Part shown: positions 18,663 through 28,848 of the stretch, one piece after another
Layout of the letters: every line of letters starts with the position of its first letter
Numbering within the stretch: the first letter of the stretch is position 1
Source: Candidatus Izemoplasma sp.
GTDB lineage: Bacteria; Bacillota_I; Bacilli_A; Izemoplasmatales; Izemoplasmataceae
Length of the DNA stretch: 64,000 nucleotides
Assembly: GCA_036172455.1 (NCBI GenBank)
Contig: JAXKVY010000005.1
Span: forward strand, 1-64,000
Direction: 5' to 3'
The notes under the pieces: model-generated
Databases searched by the model: none
What the model was told of the DNA's origin: nothing
The model's input: the letters and a program-made list of their open reading frames with translations, nothing else
Position numbers and translations under genes: made by a program

Positions 18663-19294
18663 TAAAACATACAATAATAGATTTTATAGAAGCTGTCGAT
18701 TCAAATAAACCAACCCCTGGTGGAGGAAGTGTGAGTGCGTTAGTCGCTACTTTAGGAACTGCATTATCAGGCATGTTAGGAAAACTAACGATTCATAAAA
18801 AGGCGTTTAGAAATCGTAACATAGATGTGCAAAAACAATTTCATGACACGTTAGCTAAGATCCACAGTTCTAAAGAAATATTACTGAGTTTAGTTGATAA
18901 AGACACTGAAGCATTTAATGAAATTATGAATGCTTTCAAGATGTCAAAAGAAACAGAAACGGATAAGTTAGCTAGATTACATGCGATTGAACAAGCAACA
19001 ATAGAAGCTATTGAAGTGCCTTATCAGGTTGCTGAAGAAAGTTTGAATGTTTTAAAACAATTAGATACTCTTATTCAATATGGAAATATCAATGCAATTA
19101 GTGATGTTGGTGTTGGAATACTATTGCTCTCATCTGGTATAGAAGGCGCATTATTTAATATCAAGATTAATTTAAGTATGTTAAAAGATAATGAAAAACG
19201 TTCATTCTATGAAAATGAGGTTGAACGAGTACAGACAGAACAACAAGAATTGAAAGAAAGGTTAATTCCTAAAATTGAAGCAAAAATAGGATAA
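18653..19294 (+). CDS. formimidoyltetrahydrofolate cyclodeaminase / methenyl-THF cyclohydrolase family
   Basis: TPGGGSVSALVATLG motif of the cyclodeaminase domain. Confidence 0.8.
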   Translation: MSLVKHTIIDFIEAVDSNKPTPGGGSVSALVATLGTALSGMLGKLTIHKKAFRNRNIDVQKQFHDTLAKIHSSKEILLSLVDKDTEAFNEIMNAFKMSKETETDKLARLHAIEQATIEAIEVPYQVAEESLNVLKQLDTLIQYGNINAISDVGVGILLLSSGIEGALFNIKINLSMLKDNEKRSFYENEVERVQTEQQELKERLIPKIEAKIG

Positions 19295-19302
19295 TTACGG
19301 AT

Positions 19303-19340
19303 AAAACCAATACAACATAATGTTGTATTGGTTTTAATTT
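19303..19340 (+). terminator. rho-independent terminator
   Basis: 15-bp stem AAAACCAATACAACA/TGTTGTATTGGTTTT. Confidence 0.7.
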
Positions 19341-19383
19341 TAGAAAAAAGTGGTACAATATAAATAACAAAAGGAGTGAAAAT

Positions 19384-20511
19384 ATGGCAATCGTTAATCC
19401 GGATTATTATGATCAATATGAAGGTATTATTGTTACGGTTAATCAAGATGATAAAATTGTTGATTGTAACCAACAGTTTTGTGAATTATTAGGATATCAC
19501 AAGTCTGATCTCATCGACCGTACCTTTTTAGACTTGATTGTACCGGAAGATAAAACAATGTATAATGAGTATACATATCGCCATAAAGAGAGTCGTGACA
19601 TTACAATCAAATTATATCATAAACAGGGTGCTTATCGTTTCTTTATTGTGCGTATTCACCGCTTTGACAAGCACAACTTATTATTCGGCCACTCTATTCA
19701 AAGAGATTACCAAGCGAGTATGTATGAATCAGGACCTACGACCGAAGTCTTGGCCTTACTCTATCAGTCGATTGAATCAAAAGACATTTCTAATTTATTT
19801 CAGTTTGATGAATCATTATCATTATTATTAGATCTTATGCCAATTGATTTATGGATTAAAGATCGATTTAATCGTTATATTTTCTGTAATAAAAGTTTCA
19901 CCAAACATACGGGTAATGCATTAGAAGATATTTATCTAAAGGATGATTTTTCAATATATGATAATGATATTGCAAATGCATTCAAAAACAGTGATCAAGA
20001 GGCAAAAGAATCAAAGAAACGGATTGTCTTTAGTTTTAAGTCACAAAAGAATAATTTACAAGCTTATACAGAAGTAACAAAGATTCCAGTCTTTAATAAG
20101 AATGATAAATATATTGGTATTATAGGATATTCAGTTGATATGACTGATGAGATAAAAGTTGAAACAACCCTTAAACAAGAACGAGAAAAGATTGCCTTCT
20201 TATTGGATCGCATTGAAGGTATCGTCTTTGAAATTAATCACGAAGGCCATTTAGTTCAAATGCGTGGTCAACTTGCACAATATTTTAGTGAACAAAAAGA
20301 GACAGATTTACCAAGTAATCTTTCGCTTGATCAAGCGGATGATATTTTTGGTGAGAAAATTCAATTAGCATTAAAAGGGAAGCAATCCACAATGCAACAT
20401 ACCGTCAATGGATTATTAGTTGAATTTACATTCTATCCATTTAGTAACGCTAATGGAACATATCATGTATTAGGTTATGGAAAACAGGTGACAGAAAATG
20501 ACAGAAATTAA
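19384..20511 (+). CDS. PAS-domain sensor protein
   Basis: Tandem PAS-like segments (VDCNQQFCELLGY...); overlaps the next gene by 14 nt. Confidence 0.55.
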   Translation: MAIVNPDYYDQYEGIIVTVNQDDKIVDCNQQFCELLGYHKSDLIDRTFLDLIVPEDKTMYNEYTYRHKESRDITIKLYHKQGAYRFFIVRIHRFDKHNLLFGHSIQRDYQASMYESGPTTEVLALLYQSIESKDISNLFQFDESLSLLLDLMPIDLWIKDRFNRYIFCNKSFTKHTGNALEDIYLKDDFSIYDNDIANAFKNSDQEAKESKKRIVFSFKSQKNNLQAYTEVTKIPVFNKNDKYIGIIGYSVDMTDEIKVETTLKQEREKIAFLLDRIEGIVFEINHEGHLVQMRGQLAQYFSEQKETDLPSNLSLDQADDIFGEKIQLALKGKQSTMQHTVNGLLVEFTFYPFSNANGTYHVLGYGKQVTENDRN

Positions 20512-22513
20512 GCACATTTATGAAGTTATTACACAATTATCAGATCATGATTGTATGGTTATCGATCCTGATAAGGAAACTATCTATCCGACGATTGATA
20601 CGACATTACCAACCGATAAGATTAGGGAAAAGGTAACAAAAGGAGAGGGACTAACTACCCCTCTTTTCGTTGTCGATAATAAGACATATCGTCAGAAACA
20701 TATAACAGTTAAAGAACATACATATCTAATTGTATGTTTAGAGGAATATCGTGACGATTTTTTATTGAAGTATCGAAAGTTGTTAAATCAACTACAGGAA
20801 ATGGTATTTGTATTTAGAGATACAAATTTGATTTTTCGTAATCAACAAGCTGCTGAGTATTTTCAGTTGCATCATATGAAGAACAATAAACTTAAATATA
20901 ATGATTTTTTAGATGACGATAACTTGCAAAAGTTACATGATTTTATTGATCGCGGAGAAAGTGGTATCATTGAATTACAACTCCAGTCAATTGATGGTAC
21001 TGTCTACGAAGTAAATGCAGGTATCTCTGTTTATCATTATCATAACACCGAATACTTTGTTGTTATTATAAGGGATATGTCTGAACTGAGAAGTGAATAT
21101 TTGAAAACAAATGCCGAAAAAGAATATTTCTTACATACCCTTGATTCAATTGGAGAAGCAATCATTATCACCGATAAAGATGATAAGATTACCCGGATGA
21201 ATGAGAATGCCACTAATATGACTGGGTGGAATGAGTCCACTGAAGGGGTACCCATACACTCAGTATTAACGTTATTAGATTATCAATATACACGAATTGA
21301 TTATTTATCAGTGTCGGAATATCAATCATCAGATGCTTTATTAGTCTCTACGGATGGCATGTATTGGCATGTTAGTGTAACTGTTCGGAATATTCGTAAT
21401 AACCACGGAATAGTACTAGGGAAAGTGTACGTTATTGTCGATATTAATGAACAAAAGAAACGCGAGAAAGAAATTCTATATTTATCTTATCATGATGTAT
21501 TGACAGGTTTATATAACAGAGCCTATTTAGAAGAAGAGATAAAACGACTCGATACCAAAAGACAATTGCCATTTTCATTGATTATGGGGGATGTCAATGG
21601 GTTAAAGTTATCCAATGATGTTTTTGGCCACGATGTTGGCGACACGTTGTTAAAGACAGTCGCTAAATCCCTTCAATACTTGTGTCGTCAAGAAGATATT
21701 GTAGGACGATGGGGTGGTGATGAGTTTGTTATTTTACTACCTCAAACAAATGAAGAAGAGGTTCATATTATCATGTACCGCATCATTCAGTATTTTGAAA
21801 GCTTAAGCACCAAAGATGCAATAAAAGGTGTAACACCAAGTATATCCCTTGGATATGGTGTTAAAAAACAAACAAGTGATGATATTATGGATATTATGCG
21901 TATCGCAGAAACAAACATGTATAAACGTAAAATGTTAAGTAAATCAAGTATGCATAGTAAAATTATTACATCGATGCAAAAAGCATTACAGGAGAAAAGT
22001 AGCGAAACCCAATCACACGGAAATCGTTTATTCGATTACTTAAAAGGGCTCGCTAAACAATATGGATTAAGTAGTGACAAACGAGATGATTTAGAATTAC
22101 TATGTATGTTACATGATCTTGGGAAAATCGGAATTCCAGATGAAATTCTTAAAAAAGAAGGACCACTAACAGACGATGAGTGGCGAGAAATGAAGCGACA
22201 TCCAGAAATTGGCTATCGTATCGCACAGGCCTCACCTGAATTACAAAATGTCGCAAAATACATCTTATCGCATCATGAAAACTATGATGGTACTGGCTAT
22301 CCAAAAGGATTAAAAGCCCATGAAATCCCCTTATTGTCGCGGATGTTAGCTGTAGCAGATGCTTATGATGCGATGACTACTCAACGGCCATATAATACGA
22401 TTAAATCTCACGAAGAAGCGATTCAAGAATTGAAAGAAAATGCAGGAACACAATTTGATCCTGAAATTGTTGATATATTTATTGAAACATTCGGTGGTGA
22501 TAATAGTGAGTAA
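20498..22513 (+). CDS. PAS / GGDEF diguanylate cyclase / HD-GYP phosphodiesterase
   Basis: YHDVLTGLYNR and a GGDEF-type region (RWGGDEF); HD-GYP signature HDLGKIG...HHENYDGTGYP. Confidence 0.8.
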   Translation: MTEIKHIYEVITQLSDHDCMVIDPDKETIYPTIDTTLPTDKIREKVTKGEGLTTPLFVVDNKTYRQKHITVKEHTYLIVCLEEYRDDFLLKYRKLLNQLQEMVFVFRDTNLIFRNQQAAEYFQLHHMKNNKLKYNDFLDDDNLQKLHDFIDRGESGIIELQLQSIDGTVYEVNAGISVYHYHNTEYFVVIIRDMSELRSEYLKTNAEKEYFLHTLDSIGEAIIITDKDDKITRMNENATNMTGWNESTEGVPIHSVLTLLDYQYTRIDYLSVSEYQSSDALLVSTDGMYWHVSVTVRNIRNNHGIVLGKVYVIVDINEQKKREKEILYLSYHDVLTGLYNRAYLEEEIKRLDTKRQLPFSLIMGDVNGLKLSNDVFGHDVGDTLLKTVAKSLQYLCRQEDIVGRWGGDEFVILLPQTNEEEVHIIMYRIIQYFESLSTKDAIKGVTPSISLGYGVKKQTSDDIMDIMRIAETNMYKRKMLSKSSMHSKIITSMQKALQEKSSETQSHGNRLFDYLKGLAKQYGLSSDKRDDLELLCMLHDLGKIGIPDEILKKEGPLTDDEWREMKRHPEIGYRIAQASPELQNVAKYILSHHENYDGTGYPKGLKAHEIPLLSRMLAVADAYDAMTTQRPYNTIKSHEEAIQELKENAGTQFDPEIVDIFIETFGGDNSE

Positions 22514-23516
22514 CTATGCATATGTTACATTTGTTATGCGTAACGATAGTTTTATTCCAGGTGCTTTAGTCTTTGCTTATGCTTTAAAACAACAAGGCAC
22601 ATCGCATGATTTGGTCTGTATTGTCTCTGAAGGGGTCACTGAGTATGGTAAAGAAGCTTTGAAAGAAGTATTCACACATGTGATTGAGATGGATCAAGTA
22701 TATGTACCACACCATAATCGCCACGAACGTCAAGATCGGCCATTTTTATTTACACGATTTAATGCCTTCTTATTAGGTGAAAACGGAGGGTATGACTTAG
22801 CGTATGATAAGATTGTCTTAGCAGATGCGGACATTTTACCAATTAAAAATTATGATGCATTATTTGACGTTGATGCACCCGCAGGCATTATTAATGAATA
22901 CAAAGCACATTGTATGGAGTATCAAGATGGTAAATATATTACACCGAATACTGTGAAACAATATGGAACATGGATTTGGCATGATGTCTATCGCAATGTT
23001 CCACATGGAACATCGATCCCTAAAGATATGACAGATCGTGTGTTAATGGATTCAGACAATATGGGTGTTCTTGCCGCATTATGGGTATTGCGCCCGAGTG
23101 TAAAGATATATACGTCTATCATGGAAGATACAAAGAACCAAGATATTGCAGCGAAAATCGCTGAGTTCAGGTGGCCAGAGATGCAATATTTAACACAGAA
23201 ATTCAGTGGTAAATGGCACAATATTGATTTACGGTATGCATCATTTAATGGGTATCCACAACTGAATGTGTTGAATGGAACACACTTTGCAGGAGTTAAA
23301 CCTTGGCAAATGAACAATAAAAGTGTTAAAGTGTTTGGTCGATTTGATGATTATACCTTGTGGTATCATGTCTACCTTAAGATGGTCTCTGATTACCCTA
23401 AACTACTAGACAACCGTCGATTAAATCGTCTAAAGAACAAGATAAAAGACATGATTATGAAGCCAAAATATCAGTTTAAAATGAAGGAAAATCCCCATTT
23501 TAAGCACCTAATGTAA
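22506..23516 (+). CDS. glycosyltransferase family 8 (glycogenin/GspA-like)
   Basis: AYVTFV...DADILPI pattern. GTG start with a GGTGGTGA RBS; the track ORF began further upstream inside the previous gene. Confidence 0.6.
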   Translation: MSNYAYVTFVMRNDSFIPGALVFAYALKQQGTSHDLVCIVSEGVTEYGKEALKEVFTHVIEMDQVYVPHHNRHERQDRPFLFTRFNAFLLGENGGYDLAYDKIVLADADILPIKNYDALFDVDAPAGIINEYKAHCMEYQDGKYITPNTVKQYGTWIWHDVYRNVPHGTSIPKDMTDRVLMDSDNMGVLAALWVLRPSVKIYTSIMEDTKNQDIAAKIAEFRWPEMQYLTQKFSGKWHNIDLRYASFNGYPQLNVLNGTHFAGVKPWQMNNKSVKVFGRFDDYTLWYHVYLKMVSDYPKLLDNRRLNRLKNKIKDMIMKPKYQFKMKENPHFKHLM

Positions 23517-23520
23517 ATTC

Positions 23521-23547
23521 AATAGCCCATTATTGGGCTATTTTTTA
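23521..23547 (+). terminator. rho-independent terminator
   Basis: ATAGCCCA-ttat-TGGGCTAT followed by T6. Confidence 0.7.
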
Positions 23548-23622
23548 TGATTACCTTGACAGATAGAGTAATTAATGATAAATTATTATGTGTAATAGAG
23601 TAATTATAAAGAGGTATGAGAA

Positions 23623-24246
23623 ATGAAAAAAACGACATTAGGCGAATTATTAGCAGATGCTATTTCACATGGCGTTGGTGTCTTGCTTGCCATTACCGGA
23701 TTGATTTTGATGATCCTTGTATCGGACACAACAATTGAATTATTTGCCACATTAGTGTATGGTATTACACTTGTGATCCTGTATTTATCTTCTACATTAT
23801 TTCATGCATTTCCGGATAAAATGGTTAGAACAAATCAAGTATTCCAACGACTCGATCATAGCAGTATTTTTCTACTAATAAGTGGAACTTACACACCTTT
23901 TATGTTACTAGTTATTAAATCAATTGAAGGGTATATTTTACTCGCTGTATTATGGGGATTAACGATACTCGCAATAACTTTTAAAGCTATCTGGCTTCAT
24001 AAATACCATGCTTTATATGTAATATTATATATTGTTATGGGATGGAGCATCCTATGGGTTATCAGTGATGTAATTGAGTTATTAGAATTTGGTACAGCAC
24101 TTTTATTTGTTGGTGGGATTAGTTATACACTTGGTGTGATATTTTATGCTAGCAAATTTAAGTATCACCATTTTGTCTGGCATATCTTTGTTCTTGCTGG
24201 CAGTATCACTCACTTTGTAGCAATTTATTTAGGAATATTAATATAA
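23623..24246 (+). CDS. hemolysin III family channel protein (PAQR/YqfA)
   Basis: 7-TM protein with conserved His motifs (HAFPDK, HSSIF). Confidence 0.8.
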   Translation: MKKTTLGELLADAISHGVGVLLAITGLILMILVSDTTIELFATLVYGITLVILYLSSTLFHAFPDKMVRTNQVFQRLDHSSIFLLISGTYTPFMLLVIKSIEGYILLAVLWGLTILAITFKAIWLHKYHALYVILYIVMGWSILWVISDVIELLEFGTALLFVGGISYTLGVIFYASKFKYHHFVWHIFVLAGSITHFVAIYLGILI

Positions 24247-24262
24247 AAAAGAGGTAGATGAG

Positions 24263-25111
24263 ATGAAAAAATTAGGATTAATCGTAGATAGCACAGTGTA
24301 CTTAGAACCAGAAGTTATTAAGGAAAATGATATAGGGGTTGTATCTTTAAATGTGGTAGATGGAAAAGAGTCTTTCAAAGAGACAGAAATTGATAATAAT
24401 TTTGTTTATGAGAGACAAGATAGTGGTAGTCATTTAACGACAAGCCAACCAGCACCAGGTGAGTTCTTAGAAGCTTACCAAGAAAAGATTAAGGCGGGAT
24501 ATGAGAAAATATTTGTCGTCGTAGTATCCAAGGATATCAGTGGAACCTATCAAAGTGCTACATTAGCACAAAATATGTTAGATGATCCTGATAAAGTTCA
24601 TATCTTTGATACGCAGTTAGCAGCATATGGAAATGTTATGATTGCTTTAGAAATTATTGATATGATTCAAAATGGTGACTCAGCAGACACAGTAATTACT
24701 AGAACCGAACGTATCACTGCTAATTCAGAACAAATGTTTACAGTTGAGAACTTATTCTCTCTTGTAAAAGGTGGACGTTTAAGTGCTGCAAAGGCCATGA
24801 TTGGAACAGTATTACGTGTAAAACCAATTGTTCGTATGGTTGATGGTGAACTCAAGCTAGTTAAGAGTGAAAGGACGTATAAAAAACTTCATCGTTACAT
24901 GATTAACAGTATTGAAGAAACACTTCAAGGGCATAAAAAAGTTACATTTTATTTATTGAGTAAAAACTCAGAAGATAGCGCTAATAAATTAAAAGATGCA
25001 CTAAAAAGCAAGTATCCTAACGCAAAAATAACAGAGTCAACACGTCTAGGACCTGTATTTACCATTCATGTCGGTCGTAAAGGTTACGGGATAAGTTACT
25101 TCGTAGAATAA
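24263..25111 (+). CDS. DegV family fatty-acid-binding protein
   Basis: LGLIVDSTVYL N-terminus and DegV length. Confidence 0.85.
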   Translation: MKKLGLIVDSTVYLEPEVIKENDIGVVSLNVVDGKESFKETEIDNNFVYERQDSGSHLTTSQPAPGEFLEAYQEKIKAGYEKIFVVVVSKDISGTYQSATLAQNMLDDPDKVHIFDTQLAAYGNVMIALEIIDMIQNGDSADTVITRTERITANSEQMFTVENLFSLVKGGRLSAAKAMIGTVLRVKPIVRMVDGELKLVKSERTYKKLHRYMINSIEETLQGHKKVTFYLLSKNSEDSANKLKDALKSKYPNAKITESTRLGPVFTIHVGRKGYGISYFVE

Positions 25112-25113
25112 AC

Positions 25114-25147
25114 AAAAAAATCACTTCCGCGGAAGTGATTTTATTTT
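25114..25147. terminator. bidirectional terminator, copy 1 of a repeated palindromic element
   Basis: A7-TCACTTCCGCGGAAGTGA-T4AT4; a near-identical copy lies at 32642-32676. Confidence 0.7.
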
Positions 25148-26286
25148 AGTATACGGAGTCTATAAGCTAGTTTTCCCAAGAAAGGCGTTTTTATAGATAT
25201 GGCATTATGAGGACACATTTCTTGACAACAATAACATCGAATGCACTTAGTATAATCATACTTAGGTGGGCTTGTTTTTTGATCAGATACAAAGTTTATT
25301 GCCTTTGTATCAATTGGACAAACGTCCACACAAACACCACACTTTTTACACTTATTTTCGATGATATAAGGGCGTCTTATAATATGGTTTTTTAAAAACG
25401 TAAGAGACGAGCTCTCAGAACTTTTTAAAGGTGCTCGCTCAATCTTAAAGTCGGGATTTATTAATGTATCAATGGTATCCCCTAACAAGGTAATATGATG
25501 ATGATCTCCTAAACCACTTTTAGTGCCTAAAGTAATCGTTGGAATGTAATTAGGGTTAATATCAATTAATTGACAGAAAACAGCATCTAAAGCTACAGGA
25601 TCTTGTGATATTAATATTGTGTTCATCATCGTAGGATGACCATTTTTAGGACCGTTTCCTTCCATTGCAATAATTCCATCCATAATATGAAGATTTACAC
25701 CAAGATAAGTATTTAAATCAACCAACATTTGAGCAAAGGTATGGGCATCTTGAAATCGAGCGTGCATTAGACCCTTATTTAATCCATACACAAGACCAAA
25801 GGAGTTCTTTACTGCGCCAGTAATGCGCTGTAAGGCATGTGTCTTCATTTTAGGAAGATTAAGGATAGCGTCATAATCATCTATGGCATCTACTACTTCA
25901 AACTGTTTTGAAATGTTCCCTTCAGGATGATGAATTGTATGTCCATGATCGAAATTAGCTAAGGGAATTTTCAAATCATTCGCAATAGAAGAAATCCCTG
26001 CTTTAGAAGCAACTTTAGAGGGTTTTCCAAACCCCGGGGAATCACCATAACCGACGGTGTAGCCTTTGTCTAATAGGATATCAGCTATTGCTTTGAATAC
26101 GTTTGGATGTGTTGTAACACTTTCATCAACATCGACACCCATAAGCAAGTTAGGTTTGAGAAGTATTGATTGGTTTTTTGGAATAATCTTTTCGATACCA
26201 CCTAAAAGATTTAGTCCTTCTAAGAGTTTATCTTTTATTATTTTTACATCATAAGATGTTACCTTTAATACAACAACTTTTGCCAT
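25141..26286 (-). CDS. DUF362 domain protein with 4Fe-4S ferredoxin-type cluster motifs
   Basis: C-terminal CKKCGVCVDVCP...CIRCYCCQEMCP. Confidence 0.7.
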   Translation of the reverse strand: MAKVVVLKVTSYDVKIIKDKLLEGLNLLGGIEKIIPKNQSILLKPNLLMGVDVDESVTTHPNVFKAIADILLDKGYTVGYGDSPGFGKPSKVASKAGISSIANDLKIPLANFDHGHTIHHPEGNISKQFEVVDAIDDYDAILNLPKMKTHALQRITGAVKNSFGLVYGLNKGLMHARFQDAHTFAQMLVDLNTYLGVNLHIMDGIIAMEGNGPKNGHPTMMNTILISQDPVALDAVFCQLIDINPNYIPTITLGTKSGLGDHHHITLLGDTIDTLINPDFKIERAPLKSSESSSLTFLKNHIIRRPYIIENKCKKCGVCVDVCPIDTKAINFVSDQKTSPPKYDYTKCIRCYCCQEMCPHNAISIKTPFLGKLAYRLRILK

Positions 26287-26345
26287 AAAATCACACCTTT
26301 ACACTATTATACCAAAAAGTGACTTTTTTTGTTATAATAATTTAG

Positions 26346-26906
26346 GTGGTGATGACAATTAAAGAAAAGTTATTTAATATATTAAATAGGAATCAGACAA
26401 TGATCATTGCGATTGATGGGCCAAGTGGTTCAGGTAAGACTACTCTTGTGAATGAGATAAGCAAACAATTTAATGTGACGATTATCCATATGGATGATTA
26501 TTTTTTACCTGAAGAAAAGAAAACAGTAAAACGTCTGAGTAAGCCTGGTGGCAATATTGATATTGAGCGACTACAAGATGAGGTTTTTAAGCGACTAGAG
26601 TCAGATAAAATATACAGTCATCACTTTAACTGTAAAACACAAACGTTACAAACTCGGCCTGCGTTAGTTAAAAAAACAGTTGTGATTATTGAAGGTGTTT
26701 ATGCGCATCATCCTAAGCTTGTTTCGTATTATGATCTTAAAGTGGTTTGTTATGTTTCACGTGAAACACAACTTAAACGATTAAAACAGCGTAGTCAACC
26801 TCATATTTATGAGCGATTTATAAATGAATGGATACCTCTTGAAGACGCATATTTTGAAGCATTCAATATCATTGATGAAGCTGATATAATTATTGAAAAT
26901 GAATAA
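26346..26906 (+). CDS. P-loop nucleoside kinase (uridine kinase family-like)
   Basis: Walker A IAIDGPSGSGKTT. Confidence 0.5.
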   Translation: MVMTIKEKLFNILNRNQTMIIAIDGPSGSGKTTLVNEISKQFNVTIIHMDDYFLPEEKKTVKRLSKPGGNIDIERLQDEVFKRLESDKIYSHHFNCKTQTLQTRPALVKKTVVIIEGVYAHHPKLVSYYDLKVVCYVSRETQLKRLKQRSQPHIYERFINEWIPLEDAYFEAFNIIDEADIIIENE

Positions 26907-26958
26907 CAAAAACCGCTTAAATATGATATAATGTAATTTACGATAAGTTGGTGATACG

Positions 26959-27642
26959 ATGTTGTTTTTTGATTTTATTAATCCATACTTAATGTATATG
27001 ATATTTGTTTTTTCGTTTGTTGGTGGACTATATGCGTTGTTTCATTATCCATCATTTTTCAAGCAGCATAAAGATAAACTTTATTTAATAGTAACACTAT
27101 TATTGATTTATACACAATTGACACGATATGGGTTTGCGATTATTCGAGATGGATTTATCTTAGGTGAGTCATTGCCGTTTTATGTATGTCGAATAAGCTC
27201 AGTCATTTTACTGTATTATGTTTTGACAAAAGACAGACACGTGATGCCGTTTTTGTTTTTCTGGGGCGCGACAGGGGTAGCTGGAATTATTTATCCAAAT
27301 GGACCAATTAATAATATAGCCAATTTAACAGAAACATTCTTTATTGATCACTACCTTTTGGCTATTACCCCGTTTTACTTGGTATTGTATGAAGACTATG
27401 TTCCTACCGTTAAAGATGCCTATCGGATTACCTTTTTAATGGCCATCACACTGTATCTTTTTATTCCCATTAATGCTTTATTAAAAACGGATTACTTTTA
27501 TCTAACAAGACAAAGTATATTTGGAGAGTTATTTCCAAGTACACCGTCGATTATATTTGCGACGATACACTATATCATCGCATTTGGCTTTTTTTATCTG
27601 TATTATTTATTATATGACAAATCTTTAAAGACGAGCAGGTGA
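26959..27642 (+). CDS. integral membrane protein (YwaF/TIGR02206-like)
   Basis: Multi-TM small protein, the kind often paired with glycolipid glycosyltransferases. Confidence 0.5.
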   Translation: MLFFDFINPYLMYMIFVFSFVGGLYALFHYPSFFKQHKDKLYLIVTLLLIYTQLTRYGFAIIRDGFILGESLPFYVCRISSVILLYYVLTKDRHVMPFLFFWGATGVAGIIYPNGPINNIANLTETFFIDHYLLAITPFYLVLYEDYVPTVKDAYRITFLMAITLYLFIPINALLKTDYFYLTRQSIFGELFPSTPSIIFATIHYIIAFGFFYLYYLLYDKSLKTSR

Positions 27643-27646
27643 CATT

Positions 27647-28804
27647 ATGAAAATAGGATTATTTACTGATGCGTATTATCCAATTATCAGTGGGGTATCG
27701 ATATCAGTTGATATATTAGTTAAAGAATTAACCAAGTTAGGGCACGAAGTGCATGTGATTACAAATGATCATGAACATGCCCAAAAAGAACCCAATGTGT
27801 ACCGTGTGAAAGGATTCCGGTTACCGATGAAAGGGTTAGAAGAATATCGTATTGGAAAAGTGACACACAAGAAAGTAAAAGAACTCGATAAACTGAATCT
27901 TGATGTCATTCATTGCCATACTGAGTTTACCATGGGACGCTTAGGACGCCGTGCGGCAAAACGGAATAATATTCCAGTTGTTCATACCTATCATACGATG
28001 TATGAAGACTATGTTCACTTTGTCTCAAAATGGCTGACAAAGCCACTTCGCCTAATCAGTAAATGGTATTCAAAAAGTTTTGCTAATCGTGCTGATAAAG
28101 TTGTGTTTCCGACAGTCAAAGTTAAACGGACTTTTGATCGGTATGGGTTTAATAAAGAAGGCCTGGTTATACCTACGGGTATTTATATTAATCAATTTCA
28201 TCCCTCAAAATTTTCTAAAGAGTCCATCATTGCATTAAAACACGCATTAGGCATTAATCAAGATGATTTTGTCATGTTATTTTTAGGACGCTTATCTAGA
28301 GAAAAAAGCGTCGACACATTAATAGATGGCTTCTTTGACGTATTGCAAAAGCATTCGAATGCTAAACTAATGCTTGTAGGCGATGGACCAGATCGACATT
28401 TATTCACTGAACGAGTGAACAAATATGGCATTCAAGATTATGTTATCTTTACGGGTATGGTTCCACCAGAACAGGTGCCTAAATATTATCAGCTTGCGGA
28501 TGTATTTGTTAACTTTAGTGTGACTGAAACCCAAGGATTAACCTATTATGAAGCATTGGCAAGTGGTTTACCATTAATTGTTAAATATGATGATAACCTT
28601 GAAGATGTTGTGATTGATGATAAAAACGGTTTTACGTTCACAGACGATGCAGACTTTGTTCATCTGGTATCAAATTATATTAAACATCCTAGTAAACAAA
28701 GTGAACTTAAAAAGAACACTATCAAGAGTGTTCAGCGCTTTTCAGCATTATCATATGCTAAACAAATTGAAAAGATCTACTTAGATGTTGTTAAGGAAAG
28801 ATAG
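27647..28804 (+). CDS. GT4 glycosyltransferase, probable diacylglycerol glucosyltransferase
   Basis: GT4 N-terminus (KIGLFTDAYYPIISGVS) and C-terminal E-x7-E region. Confidence 0.75.
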   Translation: MKIGLFTDAYYPIISGVSISVDILVKELTKLGHEVHVITNDHEHAQKEPNVYRVKGFRLPMKGLEEYRIGKVTHKKVKELDKLNLDVIHCHTEFTMGRLGRRAAKRNNIPVVHTYHTMYEDYVHFVSKWLTKPLRLISKWYSKSFANRADKVVFPTVKVKRTFDRYGFNKEGLVIPTGIYINQFHPSKFSKESIIALKHALGINQDDFVMLFLGRLSREKSVDTLIDGFFDVLQKHSNAKLMLVGDGPDRHLFTERVNKYGIQDYVIFTGMVPPEQVPKYYQLADVFVNFSVTETQGLTYYEALASGLPLIVKYDDNLEDVVIDDKNGFTFTDDADFVHLVSNYIKHPSKQSELKKNTIKSVQRFSALSYAKQIEKIYLDVVKER

Positions 28805-28810
28805 AGATAA

Positions 28811-28848
28811 AAATCCCCTCAGTTCATATAAACTGAAGGGATTTTTTT
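28811..28848. terminator. bidirectional terminator between convergent genes
   Basis: AAATCCCcTCAGTT...AACTGAaGGGATTT followed by T7. Confidence 0.65.
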
